Assembly (NCBI GenBank): GCA_024405635.1
Contig: JAKSOL010000011.1
Location: 1 to 64,000, forward strand
DNA: 64,000 bases
Reading direction: 5' to 3'
Origin: Salinivirgaceae bacterium
Lineage (GTDB): Bacteria > Bacteroidota > Bacteroidia > Bacteroidales > SZUA-534
Shown: positions 32,635 to 41,973 of the stretch, piece after piece
Layout of the letters: every line of letters starts with the position of its first letter
Position numbering within the stretch: position 1 is the first letter of the stretch
The notes under the pieces: generated by a model
What the model was told of the DNA's origin: nothing
Databases searched by the model: none
What the model saw: the letters and a program-made list of their open reading frames with translations, nothing else
Made by a program: the position numbers and the translations under genes

Positions 32635-33387
32635 ATGAGATACAAAACATTAGCTACCATAGCAATAAGTGTGTTGATGCCATTCGTAAGCAATGCACAA
32701 AAAGCCGATTCATATAAAGTAGTAAAGGTTCAAGGCGAAATACAAAGAGTGAAAACTGGCAACCTTTTATCGTTGGGCGACAATGTTGTTAGCAACGAGA
32801 ATTTTGACTTTAAAACAACCAGTTCGCGCGCCGTTGTAGTAAACAAAGAGAAAGGCTGCATGATTTTGAGCGCAAAAGCCAACAACGAAGGTCCACAATT
32901 CCTTCCATCGTCAAACAACATGAGCGTAAGAGCAGCTTTGCCAGCCAATCCTACCGAAGTTATGGAATATTACTACGACAATGTGTTCATATCGGGTTTT
33001 GACAGCCTAAAGATTGATAATGAGGCTTTACAGATTGACGATGTGAATTATTTCACAGTAAATTATACAGCCAACAACAATTCGTATTCGGAAAAAATTG
33101 AACTAAAAAATGGGAAATTGGTGCTTCCAGCAACTCTTTTGGAAAAACAACCATCAAAAATAACCATTTGCTATAACGATGAGTATGGCGTAAACGGACA
33201 AACAGAATTCACTCCAGTGTATGCCGACAGCGAAACACTACGCGACGAAATTGCCGTAATCTTCTCAACCATAAAAGGCAAACGCAACGCCAAAGTATCA
33301 GCCTCAACATCGTTTGTAAACGATTTCTACGGAAAAACTACCGACGAAGCCATGGATGCTTGGATAAAATCAAACTTGAAATACTAA
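32635..33387 (+). CDS. Exported hypothetical protein with FecR-like beta-rich N-terminus
   Basis: Signal peptide MRYKTLATIAISVLMPFVSNA-Q; YKVVKVQGEI...LSLGD resembles FecR-type N-termini (inference). Confidence 0.6.
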   Translation: MRYKTLATIAISVLMPFVSNAQKADSYKVVKVQGEIQRVKTGNLLSLGDNVVSNENFDFKTTSSRAVVVNKEKGCMILSAKANNEGPQFLPSSNNMSVRAALPANPTEVMEYYYDNVFISGFDSLKIDNEALQIDDVNYFTVNYTANNNSYSEKIELKNGKLVLPATLLEKQPSKITICYNDEYGVNGQTEFTPVYADSETLRDEIAVIFSTIKGKRNAKVSASTSFVNDFYGKTTDEAMDAWIKSNLKY

Positions 33388-33406
33388 GAAAGCTGACTGA
33401 TATTAC

Positions 33407-33442
33407 AAATGCCTAATTGTTGATTACAGTTGGGCATTTTTT
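33407..33442 (+). terminator. Terminator-like hairpin between the small exported gene and the CHAT gene
   Basis: aaatgcctaattgt-tgatt-acagttgggcattt plus T run, ending about 14 bp before the CHAT ATG. Confidence 0.6.
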
Positions 33443-33455
33443 ATTTATGCTCACT

Positions 33456-36400
33456 ATGAAACACTTGTTACTTGCCGCCATTCTGCAAGCTTTTGCCTAC
33501 CTCACATTTGGGCAATGCAACGAAAAAGAATCGATAGCCATTTTTAACCAAGCACAAGAACTTGACGACGAAGAGGCTGCCCCTTTGTTTGAAAAAGCTG
33601 CATCGGGATTCAGAAAATGCCAGCAATTTGACAACTATCTGATTGCCGCATACCACTCGGGCGTGGCATACTTAAACATTAACAACAATGATGCGGCACA
33701 AAGCATTTTGGAACAAGCCATTGCCGACACATACGGCAAAACCGATTCAACTGCTAGCGTCAATATGCTTATCTATCACACATTAGGCGAAGTTCACTAT
33801 GGCAAAAAAGATGCTCACCGTGCCATTTTCTACTACAACAAGGCGCTACAATTGCTAGGCTCTGACGACTCTGAAGAACTTGCAGTGTGCTTATTCAACG
33901 CTGGCAACTCGTACGACATGCTTGCCAACTACGACGAAGCCATTGGCGCTCACCGCAAATCGATTGCAATGAAGGAGCGCCTTGAAATAGCCGATAGTTC
34001 CGATTATTTGCAATCATTCTCGGCTCTTGGCGACATTTACCAAGCAATGGGCAAAACCGACTCGGCAAACTTCTTCTTCAGTAAGGCTCGCGAGTTTGTT
34101 GATGTAGCTGACTGCGAATCAAAAATTTACATGCAATACAAAGATGCCTTAAACGCCATCAACAACAACGACTACGCATCGGCTGAATACTTGTTTGCCG
34201 AGGCCAAAAGTCTTTGCGAAGTGTCGAACCTTAGAAACAACATTTATGTAAGCTGTTGCATGTATTTGGCTCAGATATACGAGCGCAACGACAACACCAA
34301 AAAGGCCATGGGCGTGCTGCTATCGGCATTGCAAACCAATCCTGATAAAGACGAAACTTACTACAATATCTTGCTGGCATACGGCCGAATGGATGAAGAC
34401 GTTAATGTATCGGCAGCTAAACTGCACGAAATAATAAACAATACCAGTAATAACGAACTGAAATGCTTGGCCCAACTTGAATTGGCAAAGAAACACGAAC
34501 AAAAAGGCAATCTGCAATCGGCCTTCGGCATATATAGCCAAGTGGCTGAAAACATAAACAAGGACAACCATCCCGAAATAAGCGCACAAGCTACTTATGG
34601 CATCGGCAACATTTATTTTCAGAAAAACGATTTTGAAAAGGCATTGACAGAATATGCTGTAGCTCAAAAAGTTATAGCAAACAAGGATAAGGAATTATCG
34701 GCTGTAATTAGCGAAGCTCTTGGCAATGTTTATTTCAAAATGGATAGTCTGTCGCTGGCACTTGCTCAATACGAACAAGCTTTCTCATTGCTCAAACAAC
34801 AGTTGGGCGCCACCAACTTCAGAACTCTATCGGCTGAAGAAAACATAGCCGCCATAGATGCTTTGAACTTGGACTTTGAAAAAGCTGCCGAAATTTACAA
34901 TCGAAGTTTGACTACAAAACAAACTCTGTATGATGCAACCGACGCAAAAATGTTCGACCTATATAACAGTTACGCCAACGTGCTTTGCAGCATGGCAAAC
35001 TATCAGGAGGCTGGAACTTTATACCAAAAGGCCCAACGCATATTGGAAACCCAAACTCTTACCGAATCAGCAAAGGACATTTTCTACAACAACCACGGAT
35101 TGTACTGCAAATCGATAGGCGACTACAAGCAGGCATTGACCGACATGTTGAACTCACTCAACATTAAAAGCAAATTGTATGGCGAGAACAGTTTGAAATA
35201 CGCCAACGCACTAAATAACCTCGGCACCATTTACATGCGCTTGGCTAACTACAACAAGGCTGGTGAATGTTTTGAGCAAGCTGAAGTAATCATTGTTGGC
35301 GCAAGTGGTGAACAATCGTTGGCATTAAGCGAGGTTTTTATCAATCAAGGAAACCTTTACAACCGATTAGGACAGAACGAGTTAGCGCTAGACTACTACA
35401 ACAAAACTCTAAACATAAAATCGGACAACGGCAACGATGACGACAAGGATCTTGCTCCCATTTACAACAATATGGGCACTGTGCACCAAAATACTGAAGA
35501 CTACCGCTTGGCTCTTTTCTTCTTCAAAAAAGCCCTAAACACTTACACAAAACACAATGGCTACAACTCGCAAGAAACTGCCGAGTCATACAACAATATA
35601 GGCAACACACTGCTTAAAACTGGGCAAATTGACGAGGCTATTGGCAACTATCGGAAAGCCACCGACATATACGCAAAATTTCCCGACATAAACCCTACAC
35701 TGTCAGGCAATGCCTACAACAACATTGCCACTGCATACTTACAATCGGGGAAACTAGATTCGGCGCTGGTTTTCTACAACCAATCGCTTGACATTTACTA
35801 CAAGGTTTTTGGTCATCAACATCCATACTTGGCTCTTATACACAATAGCATTGGCGACGTAAACATTCTGTTGGGCAACCATGCCCAAGCTATTGAATGC
35901 TACGGCAAGGCCATTGAGGCTAACCACGAAAACTTTAACCGCCAAACCGACGTTCTGCCTAACAAATCGGGATTCTACGACCAAAACATCTTTGTAAACT
36001 CGCTACTATCGAGAGCAACGGCTTATACGCAACAATATCTTCAAAATAAAAACTCAGAAGCCCTAACAACCGCACTGAAACATTTTCAGCTTTGCGACGA
36101 ACTGATAGTAAGTATGCGCCGCTCGGCCATAACCAAAACCGACAAGATGAATCTTGGCGCTATTGCCGCTAAGTGCTATGAAGGCGCTCTTGAAATATGC
36201 ACCGAAATGCTAAATGGCAACCTATCAGGAGAACAACGTAAACTATATGAGCAACAAGCTTTTACCTACATTGAAAAGAGTAAATCGAACTCGTTGCTTG
36301 AATCGATGGCCGGACAAGATGCAATGCAACTTGCCAACATTCCTACCGAACTACAGAAAAAAGAAAGCCAACTATCGGCTAACGTTCTGTACTTTGAAAA

Positions 36401-37700
36401 GTTGTTGGCCGAAAAACCTAGAAATTCTGCTCAAATTCGCGATAGCCTATTCAGTGCCAACCGCGCCTACGACTCATTCATAAAACAATTGGAACAAAAA
36501 TTCCCTGAATATCATCAGCTGAAATACGCCAGCAACATAGTTGACTTGCGCCAATTGCAAAGCAAACTAACCGACGGCACTATGGTGCGCATGTATTTGA
36601 TTGGTAAAGACATGATATATGCCGCTTGCATTTCGGGCAACCAGTTCAATGTTTCTTCGGCACCTAACTATAAAAATCTGACCGACACGGTAAAGGTTTA
36701 CAGAAACGCAATGATTCAATCGTCGCAAAAGGCAGTAACTGACTACGGCCGCTTGGCTCGCATGCTGTACAAGACATTGTTTCCCGACACCATTGCCAAC
36801 ATTAGCAACCTAGTAATAATACCCGATGGCGCACTAAACCAAATTCCGTTTGAGAGTTTGGTTTCAGAAGACATTAACTGTTCAGTTTATGACTATACCA
36901 ACTACTCATTCTTGATAAAAAGTTTCGCCATAAGTTACGCTTACTCGGCAACCTTGTACTACCGCGACATTACTCGCCCACAAGACAATGGCGCATCGGG
37001 CTGGCTTGGCATGGCGCCTGTGTTTACCAAAGGCAAATACTCAGGAGTGGAATTGAATAGCAAATGGAAAAAGAAGGAGCTGAACCACACCGACTTGATT
37101 GTAGTTGAAAACAGCAAGCTTGCGCCTTTGGTTTCGTCGGAACCAGAAATCAGAAACATATTCGCAATGTTTACCAAAGCGGGCATACCAGCAAAGGCCT
37201 ACCTTTGGGGAAGTGCCAACCGACAAAACTTTAGCAACGACTCCATTGCCCAAACAAAATACATTCATTTGGCAACACACGGATTTGTCAACTCCGAACG
37301 ACCAGAACTGTCGGGTGTGCAATTGAGCCCACTGCAAGGCGACGACCAAAAAGGCATGCTCTACTCAAACGAGGTTTACGGTATGAAACTAAAATGTGAC
37401 TTGCTGATTCTTTCGGCTTGCGAAACTGGACTAGGAAAAATTATGAAAGGCGAGGGAATTGTAGGATTGTCGCGAGCATTCCTCTACGCAGGCGCATCAA
37501 ACTTGATAGTATCGCTTTGGAAAGTTTCTGACAACTCAACATCGCAAATGATGGTGGAGTTTTACAAGCAAATGTTGGCTCCTGAAAATGCAAACCTCAA
37601 CTACGCTGAACTTTTGCAAAAAGCTAAACATTCGCTCATAAACGACAAATCGTATTCACGCCCTTATTATTGGGCACCATTTATTGTAATAGGTGATTAA
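33456..37700 (+). CDS. TPR-repeat CHAT-domain (caspase-like) protease with predicted signal peptide
   Basis: MKHLLLAAILQAFAYLTFG-Q; many TPRs (YNNIG, LNNLG, YNNMG); CHAT motifs EKSKS, IIPDGALNQIPFE, IHLATHG (His), LILSACETG (Cys), SLWKVSD, PYYWAPF. Confidence 0.93.
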   Translation: MKHLLLAAILQAFAYLTFGQCNEKESIAIFNQAQELDDEEAAPLFEKAASGFRKCQQFDNYLIAAYHSGVAYLNINNNDAAQSILEQAIADTYGKTDSTASVNMLIYHTLGEVHYGKKDAHRAIFYYNKALQLLGSDDSEELAVCLFNAGNSYDMLANYDEAIGAHRKSIAMKERLEIADSSDYLQSFSALGDIYQAMGKTDSANFFFSKAREFVDVADCESKIYMQYKDALNAINNNDYASAEYLFAEAKSLCEVSNLRNNIYVSCCMYLAQIYERNDNTKKAMGVLLSALQTNPDKDETYYNILLAYGRMDEDVNVSAAKLHEIINNTSNNELKCLAQLELAKKHEQKGNLQSAFGIYSQVAENINKDNHPEISAQATYGIGNIYFQKNDFEKALTEYAVAQKVIANKDKELSAVISEALGNVYFKMDSLSLALAQYEQAFSLLKQQLGATNFRTLSAEENIAAIDALNLDFEKAAEIYNRSLTTKQTLYDATDAKMFDLYNSYANVLCSMANYQEAGTLYQKAQRILETQTLTESAKDIFYNNHGLYCKSIGDYKQALTDMLNSLNIKSKLYGENSLKYANALNNLGTIYMRLANYNKAGECFEQAEVIIVGASGEQSLALSEVFINQGNLYNRLGQNELALDYYNKTLNIKSDNGNDDDKDLAPIYNNMGTVHQNTEDYRLALFFFKKALNTYTKHNGYNSQETAESYNNIGNTLLKTGQIDEAIGNYRKATDIYAKFPDINPTLSGNAYNNIATAYLQSGKLDSALVFYNQSLDIYYKVFGHQHPYLALIHNSIGDVNILLGNHAQAIECYGKAIEANHENFNRQTDVLPNKSGFYDQNIFVNSLLSRATAYTQQYLQNKNSEALTTALKHFQLCDELIVSMRRSAITKTDKMNLGAIAAKCYEGALEICTEMLNGNLSGEQRKLYEQQAFTYIEKSKSNSLLESMAGQDAMQLANIPTELQKKESQLSANVLYFEKLLAEKPRNSAQIRDSLFSANRAYDSFIKQLEQKFPEYHQLKYASNIVDLRQLQSKLTDGTMVRMYLIGKDMIYAACISGNQFNVSSAPNYKNLTDTVKVYRNAMIQSSQKAVTDYGRLARMLYKTLFPDTIANISNLVIIPDGALNQIPFESLVSEDINCSVYDYTNYSFLIKSFAISYAYSATLYYRDITRPQDNGASGWLGMAPVFTKGKYSGVELNSKWKKKELNHTDLIVVENSKLAPLVSSEPEIRNIFAMFTKAGIPAKAYLWGSANRQNFSNDSIAQTKYIHLATHGFVNSERPELSGVQLSPLQGDDQKGMLYSNEVYGMKLKCDLLILSACETGLGKIMKGEGIVGLSRAFLYAGASNLIVSLWKVSDNSTSQMMVEFYKQMLAPENANLNYAELLQKAKHSLINDKSYSRPYYWAPFIVIGD

Positions 37701-37710
37701 TCAATCAGAT

Positions 37711-39762
37711 ATGGCATCTTCATTCCACAAATTCATACTTTGCATTTCAGCATTATTGCTTGCATCAACCACTAGCGTAGCTCAAATCGACCTATTTCCA
37801 AACTTCAACGGAACAGTATCGAGCCCAGCACTATCGCACGATGGCTCAAAATTAATTTTCATCGGCATAAATGAAACTTCTACTGCCGTATATGAATCGC
37901 GCAACAACAACGGCAACTGGAGCGAACCAACCATAATCCCCATTTTTTCTGAAGAACTACAAAATGCCAACGTTGGAGGTTTCTCGTTCAATCACGATGC
38001 ATCACAATTGCTTTTCCACGCAAAGGTTGATTCCACATTCGACATTTACTATTTGACATTCAACAACAATAAATGGCAAAACTTGACAAAGATTGGCCAA
38101 CCTATCAGCTCCAACGAGGACGATTTTTCTCCAACTCTTTCGGTTGACAACAACTATATGTTTCTGCTTCGTCCAAAAACAAAAACCAAAAGCAAAAAAT
38201 CTGACGACGTTTGCAAGGAATTGGTTCTATACTATAGAAACAACGACAACGAATGGGTTGGACCAAACATGTTGCCAAAGTCGTTTAACGAAGGTTGCCA
38301 AGAATCGCCATTTCTATGTGCCGATGGTAAAACACTATTCTTTTCGTCGATGAGACCAGACACCACACCCAATGGCGCAAAAACTCCCGACGACGTGTAT
38401 AACATATATTACACTCAACTCATATCGGGAACAATGCTTGAAAACAACTGGTACCTTCCACAATACCAAGGTTGGGCTAGCTCCGATTTTAACGACCTTT
38501 CGCCTCGCGTAAACCAAGACGGTTCAATATTCTTGAAAAGCAACTACTCAAAAAAAACTTCAAAAAAGCATCCCAACAAGACCTACCAATACGAAATTAA
38601 CCCTAACGTAAAGCCATTGCCCACTATGACTTTGCACGGAACAATAAAAGATTCGGACACTGGGCTACCCATGAAAGCACAAATAACCTTGACCGATGCC
38701 ATTTCTTCTGCTTCGTTGGCAAGCTACTCAACCGACCCAAATGGGCAATATGTTGTTTACCTAAACGAAAACATGAACTACAAAATTGATTTTTCAGGTG
38801 AAGGCTACTCACACTCATACCTAAACATTTCAACCGACTTTTTTACAGAAGATATTGACAAACAGTTCGATACAACACTATTTTCGACCTTTAGCTATAA
38901 TCTGAATGTTTACGATGACGAACTTTATATTCCACTGAAAGCAAGCATCTCAATACGCGACTCTGCCAGCAACGAGTTGATTATTGATAGCATGAATATG
39001 ATTGGGAATGGACAATACTCAACCAAACTCAACATTGGTCGAACCTATAAATTCCATGTAGAATGTGAGCATTTTACTCCACACGATTTTTACCTCAACG
39101 CCATTGCTGACTTGTTTTACAACGAGTTTGAAGAAGATATTGAACTTAGTCCTACCAAAACTATTATGATTCTTGACGTTGACGCAGGCGAAAGCAACGA
39201 CTCTGTTATTGTTAACGTTAAAAACTTGAGCCGAAACGAAACTAAATCGGTTATTGCAAAACGCGACAAAGACGGCAACCTTATAGTGGAACTACGCGAA
39301 GGCGACAGTTACGAAATAGACGTGGCTAAAAAAGGTTATACATTCAATAGCACCAAAGTGAATGCAACCAAATCGAAAAAAGCACAAAAGCTGAACATAA
39401 AACTTGACTTGCTGACAAAAGACACCAAAATGACTTTCAACAACATTGCCTTTGAAACCAATTCGGCAGAAATAACTGCAGGCTCATTCACTGAACTGAA
39501 CCGGCTTATTGAATTCTTAAACCTAAACAACGATATTAAAATAGAACTATCGGCCCATACCGACGATGTGGGCTCCGATTTCTATAACATGCGACTATCG
39601 GACAAACGCGCTAAATCGGTTGCAACATACCTAATAAATAACGGCATTTCCGAGTCACAACTTATTTCAAAAGGCTATGGCGAATCGCAACCATTAGTGC
39701 CAAACTCATCGGACGAAAATAGAGCACTAAACCGCCGCGTTGAAGTAAAAATTATTGAATAA
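37711..39762 (+). CDS. OmpA-family protein with PD40 (WD40-like) repeats and carboxypeptidase-regulatory-like domains
   Basis: Signal peptide; SPALSHDG, SPTLSVDN, SPFLCADGKTLFFSS; C-terminal NIAFETNS...SAHTDDVGS...NMRLSDKRA...NRRVE. Confidence 0.9.
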   Translation: MASSFHKFILCISALLLASTTSVAQIDLFPNFNGTVSSPALSHDGSKLIFIGINETSTAVYESRNNNGNWSEPTIIPIFSEELQNANVGGFSFNHDASQLLFHAKVDSTFDIYYLTFNNNKWQNLTKIGQPISSNEDDFSPTLSVDNNYMFLLRPKTKTKSKKSDDVCKELVLYYRNNDNEWVGPNMLPKSFNEGCQESPFLCADGKTLFFSSMRPDTTPNGAKTPDDVYNIYYTQLISGTMLENNWYLPQYQGWASSDFNDLSPRVNQDGSIFLKSNYSKKTSKKHPNKTYQYEINPNVKPLPTMTLHGTIKDSDTGLPMKAQITLTDAISSASLASYSTDPNGQYVVYLNENMNYKIDFSGEGYSHSYLNISTDFFTEDIDKQFDTTLFSTFSYNLNVYDDELYIPLKASISIRDSASNELIIDSMNMIGNGQYSTKLNIGRTYKFHVECEHFTPHDFYLNAIADLFYNEFEEDIELSPTKTIMILDVDAGESNDSVIVNVKNLSRNETKSVIAKRDKDGNLIVELREGDSYEIDVAKKGYTFNSTKVNATKSKKAQKLNIKLDLLTKDTKMTFNNIAFETNSAEITAGSFTELNRLIEFLNLNNDIKIELSAHTDDVGSDFYNMRLSDKRAKSVATYLINNGISESQLISKGYGESQPLVPNSSDENRALNRRVEVKIIE

Positions 39763-39779
39763 CCTTAGGAATTAATCGT

Positions 39780-41963
39780 ATGAAAAAATATATTCTACTG
39801 ATTATTACAGCTTTAATCTTCACCACTAGTTTCGCTCAAAGGTATAAAGTCATTTACGAAAACATTAAGTCGATGGACGAGAACGAAGCGTATCTTACGC
39901 TCGAAGCTTTTTCACGTTCCATATCAAACAGCCATTCGGCTTCGCTTTACAAACTGTCAACTATCATCGAGCACCGCATTTCATCATACGACCCGTTTTT
40001 GCAGGAAATGACCATTTACCAAAACTTAAAGAACTTAAACCTTTATTTGAATTTGGCCCTACTCAATTTGAACGAGAAAGTGGCTCGCCAAGATGGTGAA
40101 TACTTTGACGGTATAGCTGCTGAAAACCCCAAAAAAGGTCCTACATACGAAGAGATTAACACCGCTTTGCAAACTAAACTTGAAAACCTAAAACTATACA
40201 ATAAGTACTTTGAGCAAAACAGAAACTTCTTGCTGCAAGCCGCCACCAAATACAATACTTGCATTGAATTGTTTGGCGAGATAAACAAACGCAACAGCAA
40301 ACTAAAGGACCTTTACTTTTTGGTTGACGAAAGTTTGCGCCAACAACTAAACGACCTACAAACCAACTTCGATTCAACATTATTCTATTTGGCAGAATTG
40401 CAAAAGTCGGTAACAGAATATCCTATGTTGAACTATAAGTTCAAGTATAAACTGAATCCCATAAACATATACCGCATGCATGGCCTTACTCAAGCCAACT
40501 TTTTAGCAGCAGAAATTCAGTTGTGGGATTTTCGCCAATGGATAAACTCATTCTACAAAACCATTGACGACGAGGTTGCCTACTTGCACAACAACGTAAA
40601 GGACCTTGACAACCAGCACGAAAACTACATCAACATGCTGGCCGATAACAACATAAACGATGTGCCAAGCAACTACAAGGTTCCACAATACTTGCTTAAC
40701 AAGATTTATAAGTACGACTTTATATCGTTGGCTGGCTCGTTGATGGTTTGCCAACAAGCCCAAATTGACTACTTACAACAACTTACATCGTTTCAAAAAG
40801 ACACTAGTTTTTTTGCCCTTAATAGGAATACTCCTACCAACAATTTCTTTTCACTATCCATCAGCAAAAAACACGTTTCAGACTCGTTGCTTACCGATTT
40901 TGAAAAGAACATATCGGAAGAAGGCATGAAAAAATACAGCAACGTGTTTATTGATAAGTACAACGGTGCCGATGGGTTGAAACAATATGTAAACGAGCAC
41001 GCTGACCTTAACAAGTCGCTGTTCGACAGCAAGATAAACGCAATTGCGCAAATGATGCTCGACTATAACATTAAGGACTCAGCCAATAACCATTTCCTTA
41101 TTTACAACTCCGACACCATTTTTGCGCAGATTGTTCCTCAAACTGAAATAAAAGCTCCCGGATATTACATACATAACAAATCTGTCACCACTAGCAAACA
41201 GACCTTAATATCAGGCACTTACGTTTCGCCCAAAAAAGAAATGTTGGGTTTTGTTGCAAGCATCGACACTGCCAAAAACATTCAATGGCTAAAACAATTC
41301 AAGCAAGGCGCTGCTCTTAGATCGTGCTTGCACGTTATGCCTATAAATGCCGAAATTGCTACCATTGTAACCTCTACCACAAAAACTGGCGATATAACCA
41401 ACTTTATGCTGCTGCTTGATGGCAATACTGGCGATGTAAAACAATCGATGAAGCTTAATGTTAAGGAGATGCCTCGCAAATTGCTAGTTGACGACATCGA
41501 CAACAAATTCATAATTGTATTTGGTGGCAAAAGTCAGCAACTATTTACAATGGAGCCTAACAATATGCACGTTTGTTGCCTCGATTCAAAACTCAATACC
41601 GCATGGGAATCTAACATTCCGTTTACTGGTTATATTTGTAATGTAGTGAAAACCAATGATATATATTACATAACAGGTGGATTCTCAAAAATCAAAGGCT
41701 TTGATAACGAGGAAACTGACCTTGAAAATGGTTGCGGTTTTTTTGAATACTCAATTGATGGCGATGGCAATTGGGCAAACGACCACTACTACGACTCCGA
41801 AACAGCTTCATATCCATTGTGGGTTTCGAAAGTGGACAATATGAAACTAGAAGTAGTGTCGCTACTGAACAATGCACCACAATCTGCATCAGACTCAACA
41901 ACAATAGAAGCGGCCTACATTCAGTATTCATTTGACGGCTACGAACTTTTCCGTAGCAAGTAG
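39780..41963 (+). CDS. Exported hypothetical protein (helical N-half, beta-rich C-half)
   Basis: 727-aa ORF; signal peptide MKKYILLIITALIFTTSFA-Q; 17 bp after the OmpA gene; no family recognised. Confidence 0.75.
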   Translation: MKKYILLIITALIFTTSFAQRYKVIYENIKSMDENEAYLTLEAFSRSISNSHSASLYKLSTIIEHRISSYDPFLQEMTIYQNLKNLNLYLNLALLNLNEKVARQDGEYFDGIAAENPKKGPTYEEINTALQTKLENLKLYNKYFEQNRNFLLQAATKYNTCIELFGEINKRNSKLKDLYFLVDESLRQQLNDLQTNFDSTLFYLAELQKSVTEYPMLNYKFKYKLNPINIYRMHGLTQANFLAAEIQLWDFRQWINSFYKTIDDEVAYLHNNVKDLDNQHENYINMLADNNINDVPSNYKVPQYLLNKIYKYDFISLAGSLMVCQQAQIDYLQQLTSFQKDTSFFALNRNTPTNNFFSLSISKKHVSDSLLTDFEKNISEEGMKKYSNVFIDKYNGADGLKQYVNEHADLNKSLFDSKINAIAQMMLDYNIKDSANNHFLIYNSDTIFAQIVPQTEIKAPGYYIHNKSVTTSKQTLISGTYVSPKKEMLGFVASIDTAKNIQWLKQFKQGAALRSCLHVMPINAEIATIVTSTTKTGDITNFMLLLDGNTGDVKQSMKLNVKEMPRKLLVDDIDNKFIIVFGGKSQQLFTMEPNNMHVCCLDSKLNTAWESNIPFTGYICNVVKTNDIYYITGGFSKIKGFDNEETDLENGCGFFEYSIDGDGNWANDHYYDSETASYPLWVSKVDNMKLEVVSLLNNAPQSASDSTTIEAAYIQYSFDGYELFRSK

Positions 41964-41973
41964 CAAATGCCTA

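Noticed and set aside
33456-37700. TPR-CHAT as part of CRISPR type III-E (Craspase) or a gasdermin system
   Set aside because: No cas genes, CRISPR array or recognisable gasdermin in the window, and the protease has a signal-peptide-like N-terminus.
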